From positions 44,082,001-44,146,000 of the forward strand of contig NC_043004.1 in the NCBI RefSeq assembly GCF_006345805.1: a stretch of 64,000 bases of DNA. Reading direction: 5' to 3'. Numbering within the stretch: position 1 is the stretch's first letter; each line of letters starts with the position of its first letter. A program made the translations under genes and the position numbers. This stretch comes from Octopus sinensis (taxonomy: Eukaryota). The notes under the pieces are model-generated. The model searched no databases. It had not been told where the DNA came from and saw nothing but the letters and a program-made list of their open reading frames with translations. Positions 27,524 through 39,818 of the stretch are shown one piece after another.

Positions 27524-28279
27524 TGTATATGTGTGTGTGTATATATATATATGTGTGTGTGATTGGGCAAACGAAAGAAGGGCACTCAACACATGTGTTG
27601 AGAATTACATGTTTGGATCAGAACAGCTAGTTTCAAATTTGTTGGTACTCAGATTTTCAAGTGTGATGCTAATCACCAACCATCGGAAATTTGAATGAGA
27701 TTACAGTTGAAAACTTTGAAATAAGTCGTTTCGAAACTCTTGTACCAATGTTTTGATCCTTATATATGAGTACATTCGTTAGCGGAGGGAATAAACTACA
27801 TTTTATAAATTTGCCACGAAACCGGTTAAAGCTTCCATTGGGTAAAGAACATAAATGTTTTAACTTGGTATTTTTTTAAAATCACAACTTTGAATACTTT
27901 TTTAAGTGAGTTGATATTATCTAAGTGTTGAGATATTGAAACAAGAAAACAATTGGAATACTTTTTATTATATTTTTTCTTAATTTATTGCTAAATATAT
28001 TTGTTTTAAGAAAATTGCATATTTTTTGTAGTATCAACGTAATTTCAAATCACAGCTAAAAAATGACATGGAAAGTAAAGTTAACATGATATTATTGTAT
28101 CACAACTATACCCATAAAAGCGATTATCAAGCAATTATTTGTCTCTACAATACTTGGAACACCCTGTGCTTATCCGTCGCATGTTTATTATCAGATGAGG
28201 TTTCAAATACTCTTCGAATATAAAAGTTGCAATTTTTCAAATGTTAATGAATATTCTACTCCTCCCTCTACGGAACGCG

Positions 28280-28449
28280 TTTAGCCACTACACATTTTTT
28301 TCTCTGCTTGTTTTTTCTGTGTATCTTTCTGTAGAAGAGCGTAGGCTCGAAATGTAAAAGACTTTCTATTCCTGAGCGTTATACTAATACATCTGTTTGT
28401 TTTGTACACCACCTGTCTTCGTCTTTTGTTTCTTTCGTAAACTCTCCCT
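28280..28449 (+). mobile_element. Penelope-type terminal fragment with hammerhead-like motif
   Basis: tcttt-CTGTAGA-a-GAGC gtag GCTC-GAAA-tgta-aaaga; ends at a (TA)n tract; homologous to 20145-20590. Confidence 0.65.
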
Positions 28450-28474
28450 ATATATATATATATATATATAATAT

Positions 28475-28533
<59 letters not shown>

Positions 28534-29369
28534 GTATATATATATATACATACATACACACACATACATACACACATATATATATATATATATATATATG
28601 TTGACTGTAAGGATCACTGAGCTGATGTGGAATGGGATGCGGAGTTGGCAATGTAATTTTGGAAATCATGAATTTGGATTGCGTGAGCTAACGAAAAGAA
28701 GGGGTGAAAAACAGTACGCAACTATCTCAGTAAGTGCAACTAACTGATAAGTACCAGCTGGATCCTGTGAATATGGTGATGCGGCCATAGTTAAGAACTA
28801 ACAGCTCATCCATATCATATGAACATATTCTTTAGCCCAGTAGTTAGGGGAAACATACGGTGTTAACTATTCTAATTTGCGAATGATACTGAAAGCAAAT
28901 TTATAAAACTGTACTGCGTACACAGGATCCGTTCAATAAAAATTAAATACATCTATCCCGACACTTCAAATATACAGAGTTCTTACTAGAGAAGTAGTTC
29001 AGTGAGATTTGATAGGGCCATACGTCAACAACCAATGATAGTTAGTCCTGAAATGGGCTATCATATAACAATCGATTGAGGCTTAGTTTTGAAATCATGA
29101 TAGAGAAATATATCTGGATTCGAGGAAGTACTATATAATAATCTAGGAAAGGTTCTTAGAAGAGGCATGCGATTGACATGCTGCAGCGGGATAGATCATT
29201 CGCCTTGTATTCAATGTTAAGCACGAACCTGGCCGTGTTTGTGCTAGTGCACATGGTCTACGATATCAGTAAAGTAACGCGATTCGATAAGTCAGGATTG
29301 TGACGGCGCATTGAAGTAACAACTCGGCAGTTCGTACAATGTCGGATCGCGTGGGTCACATGTTACTCC

Positions 29370-29700
29370 ATTCGAAGCAGACATGTTCGGCGTTTCAGAA
29401 GTATTTGTTTCAGTTACTTGGATGGGCGGTGTACCAGAGACAGAGGTGGACCACGGCACCTGCATTAACACTCTGCGATGACTCTCAACTAGGGTGGTAG
29501 ATTTCAGCAAATACTCGACTACGCCGCATGGAATTCGGGAAGCAATAACGGGGTCCACAAAGGAGAATTCGCCGTGGCCAGATGGCCTGCACTATAATTT
29601 TTATTTTCATATGTTAGATATATTCTCGGGCATCTTGGCAGAGGTCTACCTCAACAGGCAGCACAACGGAAAAATGTCCTATGAAAAAAGGGTTGGTAGT
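29370..29700 (+). mobile_element. Tx1/L1-type ORF2 remnant (region just upstream of RT)
   Basis: TTPHGIREAITGSTKENSPWPDGLHYNFYFHMLDIFSGILAEVYLNRQHNGK matches EI..A....KSPG.DGLP.EFY. Confidence 0.7.
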
Positions 29701-30639
29701 GATGTTGAGAAAGTACTGAGGACAGAGGAGCACTTTTATGTTACCGTTTGCGTTTGAGTTGTGTTGAATTATTTGCTCACCCCTGGATAGTGTTTCCTCC
29801 CAACTGGAGAATGTATTTGAGAATTTCCTAATTGTTTGCTATTGTTTTATTACTCACACAGCTTTTAATAAATCTCCGCTGTCTTTGTGTTCCTGCTGTC
29901 CTAAATATTTCTGCAGGTCTTTTTTGTTCAATCAAATAAGTACCAGTTGAACACTGGAACGGTGGAAATCGACTTACCCTTCCCGCAAAATTGATAGTCT
30001 TGAACCAAAATTTCAAGGAATTATTATTTAGGTTTGGATCACGTTCGGTCTTAATCCTGATAGGATTTATGTGGGTAACTGATTACAACCTGTGACCCAT
30101 GGCATCCACAGGTTTTCAGCTGTCTTTCAAGTAATTAGAACCCTCTGCTAATTCTTCGAGTCTCTAAGAGACAAACATTTTGTGGGAGCTCTACAGAGCA
30201 TTCTATTCCATTTTCAACCACTTGTTAATATTTCACCTTCAGCCACTTGTCTACATGTTCGCTTGCTGTTCCGAGTGCACCAACTATTATAGGCACTACT
30301 TTTACTGTTCTCATGCTCCAAAATTTCAAATTTCAAATATTAGGGATTGTAATTTTTTAAAATTTGTTTTTCTTCCACTTTCTTTATGATCCTAGAATCA
30401 AACGGGCATGATGGGTCGGTAAGTAAGCAATTTCGCTTTTACTCATCTGTAACTGTTATGTCCGGTTTATTGTTTTCTAACTTCTTGTCCGTTTAAATAG
30501 GAATGTCCCACAAAATCTTACATTTCTCCGACTCCAGGACTCTTTCGACTCTGTGATTATACCACGTATTTTCACCTTCAAATCCTCATTTCTGGCACAG
30601 TTTCCAGCTTAACACTTTTACAAACTGGTTACCTCCAAT

Positions 30640-30676
30640 TCTTCTTCTTCTTCTTCTTCTTCTTCTTCTTCTTCTA

Positions 30677-30744
<68 letters not shown>

Positions 30745-30759
30745 CATTATTATTATTAT

Positions 30760-30791
<32 letters not shown>

Positions 30792-30882
30792 TTATTATTA
30801 ATATTATTATTATTATCATTATTATTATTATTATCATTATCATCATTATTATTATTATTATCGTCATCCTCTTCATCATCAT
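30640..30882. repeat. (CTT)n/(ATT)n compound microsatellite
   Basis: Directly visible. Confidence 0.97.
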
Positions 30883-30888
30883 CAGCAA

Positions 30889-31076
30889 GACGGTGAGCTG
30901 GCAGAATCGTCAGCACGCTGGGAAAAAGCTCATTGTCCTTCCGTTGTATTTTCAAATTCCGCCGAGGTCAACGTTGCTTTTCATTCTTTGGGATTTGAGC
31001 ACTGGTGTTGATGTAATCAATTTACCCACTTTCCGACAATGTCAGGCTTTGTGCCTAAAGTTGAAAGGATTATTAA
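30889..31076 (+). mobile_element. Diverged OR-type SINE with alternative (ATT-ending) tail
   Basis: Head cggtgagctggcagaatcgtcagcacgctggg; tail ggctttgtgcctaaagttgaaaggattatt. Confidence 0.8.
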
Positions 31077-32061
31077 TTTTACTGTTGTTTTATTATTGCT
31101 AGTACTAATGAAAATTCTTTGAAGACTTTTTAAAATCTCAGAGTCGATTCCTATCTGTTTTCTGCTCTACTATATTATTGAACCACATGGGAGAAGCAAG
31201 AAAAAAGCAGACACAATTCAAATGTGCACGTTTCCTTGTACAAAACCTTATCAAATACCGATGTGACTTGCTTATATTGTTTGCACTGGATTTTTCCCTT
31301 ACTTTTTGTTATGTTCATAAAATATTCGTTTCCTTTTGCTTGTTTTATAGTAGTTAATAGCTATCACTATGTTCGAATATCGGCTTCTTAAAAAAATAAT
31401 CATACGAGAAACTTTATCAGACAAAAATATCTTTTGCTCTTTGATTCAAGTTGCAATTACTCAAAACTCATGTTAGATTTTGTAGCAACAATTAATCATA
31501 TTTTTCAAATATTTTTTCATGTCAATTTTTTCCCTCACTTTTTTTCATCTTTTATCTAAGAATCAATGGTTGTTTGAAATAAATTCTCATAACATACAAT
31601 CTCATTATCAGCAATTTCAAAACTGGACGTTGACACTCAAAATTGGATATCAATCATTCTAATCAACATATCTCCTTTGATTTCAAGATATCTTGCTATT
31701 GGATTGTTTATTTATTTATTTGAATATTAATTCATATCATTACTTCTTTATTTTCCTATTGTCGCTAAATCTTTTCAAGAAACCGAGGTAAAGATATTTT
31801 CCATTTCTATTTAGCATCATTTAAACTGATGTTGCGTCGTCTCTTTGCGTTTAATTCAATGGACTGCAGCGTGCGTACTCCTGCTTCAGGAACGTATAGT
31901 GTAGAAATGCTAAAATTTATCTTGATATAACACACATTTAGAGTTGCACAAACACCCACCCACCCACACATTCATAATTGTATACGTGCGCATATATATG
32001 CGAGTATGTTTGTGTGTGTGTGTGTGTGTGTGCGTGTGTGTGTGTGTGTGTATACTGTGTA

Positions 32062-32282
32062 TACTCTTTTACTCTTTACTCTTTTACTTGTTCCAGTCAT
32101 TTGACTGTGGCCATGCTGGAGCACCGCCTTTAGTCGAGCAAATCGACCCCAGGACTATTCTTTGGAAGCCTAGTACTTATTCTATCGGTGTCTTTTGCCG
32201 AACCGCTAAGTTACGGGGACGTAAACACACCAGTATCGGTTGTCAAGCGATGTTAGGGGGACAAACACAGACACACAAACAT

Positions 32283-32315
<33 letters not shown>

Positions 32316-32485
32316 AATATACATATATACAACGGGCTTCTTTCAGTTTCCGTCTACCAAATCAACTCACAAGGCTTTGGTCGGCCCGTGGCTATAGTAG
32401 AAGACACTTGCCCAAGGTGCCCAAGGTGCCACGCAGTCGGACTGAACTCGGAACCATGTACTTTTCACGCAGCCACTCCTACACC
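32062..32485 (-). mobile_element. Near full-length OK-type SINE
   Basis: Aligns to the 11470 and 26011 copies; short internal duplication (ccaaggtgc x2). Confidence 0.92.
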
Positions 32486-33073
32486 TATTAATGATCCTTC
32501 CGTGTATGCATTTGTGCGAATGTATCTTCGTATGTATGTATATCGGTTTTGGCTTAGTGATCTGCTAATCCCATGATTCTATTATTTGCCTAGATAGATT
32601 ACCTTGAGCACCAGTGACATTTACATTAACCACACTGACTTTAAATTTACTTTTTCCCTTTCTCACTCCATTTTTTCCATTCTCCCGTTTCTTCATATGA
32701 ATGCCGTAGAAATCTTCCTTCTTTTTTCAGCCTTTCGTTCATCTTCCACCTCCTGTCTTTCTTCAACTGTTTAAATCTTTCTCAATACTATATGAACCAC
32801 ATTGACAAATCTCTCAATGAGGAGGACCAGATTTATTGAAGTATCTCCATGCGATTATATTTCCCGTTGCATGCCCGTGATTTTATTTTGCATATTCCAC
32901 CTGCAAATTATGGAAAATATGATTATCACGTAAGTCTAACTTCCTGAAACTGCTGTCGAGTACATAGATTCTGTTTTTCTCTACAGGTTTCTGTAATTTT
33001 CTTCGCCATGTAACTATAAATTTCTATACATATGTGTGTGTGCCTGAGTGTGTGCATGTGTGTCTGTGTTTCC

Positions 33074-33104
<31 letters not shown>

Positions 33105-33272
33105 GTGTGTGTGTGTGTGTGTGTGTGTGTGCTTGTGCGTGTGTGTGTGTGCGTGCGCGTGTCTGTGCGTGTCTGTGTTTGTGTAAATGTTTTTGTTTCT
33201 GAATTTATGATTTATGTACAGATGTGTGCTCGTGTGCATATGCATGTAAACAGATGTCAAGCAAAATTGTGT

Positions 33273-33311
<39 letters not shown>

Positions 33312-33321
33312 AATATATATA

Positions 33322-33390
<69 letters not shown>

Positions 33391-33395
<5 letters not shown>

Positions 33396-34316
33396 ATAAT
33401 AAAAGAGTAAAATTAATTAATTATTAATTAATTTCACCAAGTAGTGTTCAGTATGTAAAAGGACCATTCAAGTATATTTAAAATATTATGTTATATAATT
33501 AGGGCTCAGTAAAATAATTTACGTTACCACACACTGAAACTTTTAGAAATAGCATCCAAAAAGTTTTTTTAGCCATACAGTGTTTACTCAAAAATAATTC
33601 ATGTAGATATGGAGGGAAAAATAACAAAATATCACATGTACAAAGATCATTTGAGAACGTTACGTTTTTGGATTAGTTGAATTTGAAACTCAACATTTCC
33701 TTCGTCAGCTCAACATTTCTTAATTTGGATTTGAAAGCATTAAAAATCGAACATACCCGTCTGATATGAGTAATCTCAGACAAACCATCTTCAACTGCAG
33801 TACTAACAAATTCAAAAGTACGAATGAGGTATTGCACTTCTCCCGCTTTTTGAGTAAACGCTGTATGGGAGATTTTTCTTATAGTAGAAGAAATGGCTAA
33901 AAAAAACTTTTTGGCTGCTATTTCTAAAAGTTTTAGTGTGTGGTAAAGTAACTTATTTTACTGAGCCCTAATTATATAACATAATATTTTAAATATACCT
34001 TGAATGGTCCTTTTACATACCGAACACTACTTGGTGAAATTAATTAATAATTAATTAATTTTACCCTTTTATTATTGATAATACAATTTCTCTCCCCCTG
34101 CTTTTACTACGGTTATCACCGTAAAAAATTGTTTACTCGATAACTCACGTGGATGGAAGTGGGAGAAGTGCAAGACCTCATTCGTGCTTTTGAATTTGTT
34201 AGTACCGCAGTTGAAGATGGTTTGTCTGAGATTACTCATATCAGACGGGTATGTTCGATTTTTAGTGCTTTCAAATCCAAATTAAGAAATGTTGAGCTGA
34301 CGAAGGAAATGTTGAG
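33391..34316. repeat. Two interleaved inverted-repeat pairs, probable Penelope-type terminal structure
   Basis: A 33391-33595 vs A' 33847-34080; B' 33689-33844 vs B 34161-34316; hammerhead-like CTGACGA-aGGA..TCC-aAAA on the minus strand at ~33655-33712. Confidence 0.85.
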
Positions 34317-35757
34317 AGGAGGAGATAAAGAGAAAAAGTGAAAAGTTAGATGGATATATGTATGTAAACCATCTTACACTTCATGGTAATAACATAGCAT
34401 ATATTCCATTGCTTGGGAGTCTCTACAGGATTATCCAACCTACCATGTTTACTAGCTAAATGACACTGAAGTTACTCAAGTACCTCTAAGATTACAAGCA
34501 AATATAAATATGACTGTCACTGATTGAATAGGGTTGCTTGTATATCACACTCTCAACTCATTCTGTTTTTAGTCGAAGTTAAATAGCAAAGGGATTTTTC
34601 TAAGAACGTGTCAACATTCCCGCGTCCTCAACAACGAGTCGGCATTTTTCACCAGTGAACTACGACATCTGTTCAGAGATATGATACTCAAATCTCTCCG
34701 GAATTGCTTTCTGCCACCAGAAACTTTGCACTGCTTAATGAAATCTAAATACACTAAGATATGAGTTCATTATTGTAATGTTTTTGATCCTATATGGTAC
34801 ATATAAAGCCGACCTGGTGCTAAATATTGACTGCCAATAATAGAACTTGCTACTTGGTATTTGCAAATGTCGTAAAAGTGCAACAGTTAGTTTATTTCTT
34901 AAGATACAGTTAGTGAGTTAAACGGATGGTTACTGCAAAAATAATTTCGAATAGAAACAGTGATACAAATATATTTAAGTGAAAATTTCTACCTGTGCAC
35001 ATTTTGGACGACATAACTACATTCTGTTGAAACTCTACGCTAATTTGAGTGTTGCTAATGTCGATCTTAATGAAGCCACCGTCATTAATGATGGGCATTT
35101 CAAAATTAATTGTCAGCAATAAACTCTAGCCGTAATCATTATATGAAAAGAAGCTAATTAATAGTTCGCACGCAGTCTCAAGTTACACTATTATTAAGAT
35201 ATCATTGCACGTGTACCTTAGTGATATATTTGATGGTACTGGCTAGGTCACTATATATACCCACGTCGGACTTAATCGAGGAGACATATGATAAAAATAC
35301 ATTCCAACCGTGAGCAATTCATCTATTTTTTCTAATTCAGATTTCTTGTATGCAATACTAAATAATTTGCTACTACTTAGAGGTTACCATTGTTGAAAGT
35401 ATATTTGGTTGATATTTCTAGCAGGAGGGCATTGAAACAAAGGACGAAACAGATTTGTTGCTAATTATGTAGGCCTTCATTGAGCAAACTCATGATCAAA
35501 CTCCGTAAGGATTCTCTTGTGTATGAGCTAAACATAGTTTTCAGGATATAATTACCCAATACGTCTTTCATTTTTACGATTTGATTCGTGGTATGTGTCA
35601 CAGTTATTTTTGGTAGATCGAGACGCTGAATACAATGATTCTTGCAATTCGATAGGGAATTGTGAGGAGTAGGTTGGTAAACCCAGGAATATCACTCACT
35701 CATGATAGGGATGCGCACTCTGCAGTATTATATCAGATAGAACTTCGTTTCAAATCT

Positions 35758-36186
35758 GGATCTTTTCGGTTTGAACGGCAGTTTTAGAAAATAATTTCCA
35801 CGTAACTAAACACTTTTAAACTTCGTATACTGGTAGAAACATCTTTTTCTCTTGGCTTTACTGAGAAAATTGTATAGCTTGTAAGATATTTCTTGTTTTT
35901 TTCCTACAATTTTGGCAATATCAACCAATAAATGACCGTCTATTGAGGTGAAAACATTCTGTGCCGTATAAAAATGTCGCCCGTTTAAGAAACAGATTGG
36001 GTTTATTTACATTTCTGAAGAAAGAAAGATACCCTTCCCCCACTCCTAACCCTGACCCTAACCCTAACTCTAACCCTAACCCTAAAACAAATTGAAATGC
36101 AATAGATAGATACTAGGGTCATAATTATGGGTGATAATTTCATATGACACCGGTAGATAAAACTGCCGTTCAAACCGAAAAGATCC
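35758..36186 (-). mobile_element. TTAGGG-bearing Merlin-like MITE
   Basis: Both TIRs present; flanking duplication caaatct (7 bp); (CCCTAA)-like block 36045-36085. Confidence 0.92.
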
Positions 36187-36418
36187 CAAATCTTTGTGCA
36201 TCTATTATTGTGTGATACCTAAGAAGCAGAAGCACCGAGTAGCAATGTAGGTATAAAAAAAATATATATCATTAATCAGTAAATCATCGGCGGAAATCTT
36301 TGTGACGAAATGCGCTATACGTTGAAAATATACCGGAGATACGTGTAGAAAGGTATTCCAGTGGCTAAATACTAAAAGTGATGTCATATGAAGTACTATG
36401 ACTTCTAATAAATCTTGC

Positions 36419-36780
36419 AGATCTCTTCGGTCTGGACGGCAGTTTTTAACATGATTTCTAAGTAACTAAACAATTTTAATCTTCATATATTTGTAGAATG
36501 TGTTTATAAAACATCTCTTTCTCTTGGTTTTTTTGAGAAAATTCTATAATGTGTAAGATATTTGTTTTTTTCTTAAATTTCTGCAATTTCAACCAATCAA
36601 TGACGTCCATTGAGGTAAACAACATTCTGTGCAAAATGAATATGTCCCTCGTTTAAGAAACAGATTGGGTTTATTTACATTTGTGAAGAAAAAAAGATAC
36701 CCTTTCCCCACCCCTAACCCTAACTAGCCCTATCTAACCCTAACCCTAGAAAAAAACAGCCGTTCAAACCGAAAGGATCC
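36419..36780 (-). mobile_element. TTAGGG-bearing Merlin-like MITE, internally deleted
   Basis: TIRs present; TSD aatcttgc/aatcctgc (7 of 8 match). Confidence 0.9.
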
Positions 36781-37220
36781 AATCCTGCTGTATAGTCAGC
36801 TACTTACACATAACAGAAAATCCGCTAATACATATATGTGTGTGTTTCTGTGTGTTTGTGTGTTTGTGTGTGTGTGTGTGTGTACCTTTAAATACAGCAT
36901 CCCGGTGATGTATTACTAAAGAGCCGAATAGAGTTTTCGTTACTATGAAAGGACTTCTGATAAAGACGGAAATAGCGGAAATAAACGGAAATAACGGAGT
37001 TTTAGGCAGAATATAAAGATTGCTTTTGTCGTTAATAATTATTTTTTAATTAAGTGGAATGGCCGCTGAAAATGCATATATCACTGTCACAGATATTTGT
37101 TTGCTATGCGGATGCTTTACGCCTGCCACTGAGGAGATACAGCAGGTCGAATTCATTTCCATCTTCCAACGAAACAAAATTTGTGTTTTTATGTATCATG
37201 TGACCATATCAGAGGTTCTC

Positions 37221-37724
37221 GGTTTCTTTCTTAGCCACAAGGGATCTTTTCGGTTTGAACGGCAGTTTTAACATAATTTCTAGGCAGCTAAAATAATTTA
37301 AACTTCGTACACTGGTAGAATGTGTTTATAAAACATCTTTTTCTCTTGGCGTTATTGAGAAAATTCTATAGTTTGTAAGATATTTGTTGTTTTTTTCTTC
37401 AATTTCCGCAATTTCAACCAATCAGTGACGTCTGTTGAGTTAAAAAGCTTTCTGTGCCGTATGAATATGTCATTCGTTTAAGAAACAGATTGGGTTTATT
37501 TACATTTGTGAAGAAAAAAATGATACCCTTCCCCTCCCCTAACCCTAACGCTAACCCTAACCCTAAAATAGATTGAAATGCAATAGATCGATTCTAGGGT
37601 CATAATTATGTGTGACAATTTCATACGACACCGCTAGAAAAAAACTGTCGTTCAAACCGAAAAGATCCACCACTACCCAAATATAGAGGGGGACAAACAA
37701 GGACAGACAAAGGGGACAATACAT
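37221..37724 (-). mobile_element. Tail-only Tx1/L1-type retro-insertion with 23-bp TSD, interrupted by a MITE
   Basis: TSD atgtgaccatat(c/g)agaggttctc at 37198-37220 and 37725-37747; minus residue gtattgtcccctttgtctgtccttgtttgtccccc...cttgtggctaagaaagaaa. Confidence 0.75.
37242..37668 (-). mobile_element. TTAGGG-bearing Merlin-like MITE
   Basis: Both TIRs present; flanks gccacaag/accactac (degenerate TSD). Confidence 0.92.
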
Positions 37725-38043
37725 ATGTGACCATATGAGAGGTTCTCTCAACGAAGTATCCGTGACTCTAATAATACTTCCACGTTTCGTTGGATATAAA
37801 GGTTGCTTTTTTATTAATACTGCTTCTGTGACTAATAATTATATATAGGTATACATACATACATGCATACACATACATACCTGCATGCATACATACATAC
37901 TGTTGTGTGGAAGTAGAACGCCCCTATTTGCTAGATACTAATGGACTGTGTCACAATATAAATGGAAATACACAGAGAGCCTTCAGCGCAAATTGTTGCG
38001 TACTTTTGAGAGAGTAAAGCCTCGAGTTGTTGTATTTGATGGT

Positions 38044-39818
38044 CAGTCAGAGAGAGTTGGAGTTAATTTTTGTGAGATACATGTTAAATGTTTGTCAATT
38101 AATTATCATTGAATGTTGACGGTTTTCCCTGTGCGGATGTATCCTTATATTTCGGTTGTGTTTAATTCAATTGTATAATGGAGAATTTGAATAGCTCGAG
38201 CCAGAGCTATGCAACGGCGGCCACAGGTAGTGACAATATTGCTGCGTTAACAGTTACGGACGTAAAGGTAGAAACAGACGGAATTAAAGAATGTTGAAAA
38301 TTGTTAACACATCAAGGAACAGCACTCTCTCTCTGTTACCGCCAAAGAATTTTCGGAAAGTTTACAAAAAGAAAAAAAAAACGGTCCTGTACAAGACGTT
38401 AAAATTATCCACAGCAAAAATCGAAACCGCTACGTCTGAGAGTATAGAAAAAAAACTAAAAGATATTAAACATCTGGCGACGTTTGTAACGAGAGCTCAG
38501 AAATTTGGAGTGGTAGAAGTCTGGTTCGCATCTGAGGAAGCAGCAACAAAGCATGCAGTGGAAGCGATTAGGAACGACGAATGGGCATTCCTACCGAGTT
38601 ACTGCAGCAAAAGAATGGCGTGAGTAAGTGTGGGTAAAATCCCACCCGAATACGAGGAGACTTGGATTATGGCGGCAGTCTTATTCCACATGAAACAGAG
38701 TCCGAAAATATTGAAGGCAACAAGAACTCAAAAGGTGGACTTTTGGAGATACGGGTTAGAAATGAAAATTCAAGCCACCCTGGATGACCTGAACTCAATA
38801 ACTGAAGAAATAGTATTACCCGAAGGAAACAAGTTGAATGTGGTGGTAGACGGCAGACCTGTGAAATGTTTTTGTGTAGAGAAAGAGGACACAAAAAAGC
38901 GGACTGTCCTGGAAACAAGGAAAAAGAGGGGAAGGATAGTTCGATGCAGAGAGAGGTAACCGTGGAAGAGTGTGGAGAAGAAACTGAAATAGCTGATACA
39001 GAGGAAGGATTCGTGGAGATAAAACCGCGGAAAAGAAAGCGTAGAAGGGATCCTCCACCGGAGAAGCTGAAAAGGAAAAAAGAGAGGCGATGGGAAGTAA
39101 TGGAGAAAAAATAGTGACAATTAAGACAGAAGAGGAAAGTTAGAAAGTATCTCCTCTGAAAGTGAAGTTGAGGAGAGGTGAAGAAAAAAGGAATGAAGGT
39201 GGGAGTGAAAACCAGAAGAAGAAGGGATGGTATTATGGAGAATACCAAAGGAGTATACATACAGAAGCAGAAATCCTGAAAATGAAGCCAGTAACACGGA
39301 TAAAATTACCTATGGGTTACAGCACCGATGGGACTAAAGCAATTATAAAAGAACCGAATTGCTATGAGGAGTTAAAAAGAAAAGGTACGATTTGGGAATG
39401 GTACAGCTTAAAGTTGAGTTCAAAAAGTCCGAACCAGTAATCGACTTGGATGACGTGCTACCGTTAATAAAAGACTGTCCTTTAGATATCCCTGAATCAA
39501 TGGATAGAGAGTAATAAGACATTTTATTTGAAAGACAATGCTTCAAGAACCCGATGTGGACTGTTGGAGAATATACAGATTGGCGACTTGCAATGGTGTG
39601 TTACATGTTAATTAATTGTTATGTAACTACCTGATAATAATGGACTGTAAACAAGATTAATGCTACTGCATGTGATGAGGGGCGCATGCAGCCATTCATA
39701 ATCACATTGTTATATTATCATCTCATTCATATTCGTTTTATGTATTGTCCCCTCTGTGGTGTCCTGTCTGTTCTTGTTTGGCCCCCTCTATGTTGAGCCC
39801 TGGTGGCTAATAAAGAAA
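38044..39818 (+). mobile_element. ORF1-only Tx1/L1-like non-autonomous retroelement
   Basis: CAGT start, short 5'UTR, ORF1, ~300-bp 3'UTR ending ccctggtggctAATAAAgaaa; no endonuclease or RT sequence. Confidence 0.75.
38178..39514 (+). pseudogene. Disrupted non-LTR ORF1 (gag-like: RRM-like region, CCHC knuckle, charged C-terminus)
   Basis: MENLNSSSQSYATAA..., FGVVEVWFASEEAA, V.VGKIPPE, VVVDGRPVKCF/LCRERGHKKADC (CX2CX4HX4C across a frameshift), GFVEIKPRKRKRR. Joins track ORFs 38291, 38630, 38866 and 39162. Confidence 0.82.

Noticed and set aside
31944-32576. Longest ORF in the track (210 aa)
   Set aside because: Antisense read-through of a SINE and its microsatellites; similar peptides recur at other SINE copies
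32930-32986. 57-nt GTAAGT...CTACAG mini-intron
   Set aside because: No convincing coding frame could be identified on either side
38667-39260. 197-aa hydrophobic minus-strand ORF
   Set aside because: Antisense shadow of the purine-rich ORF1
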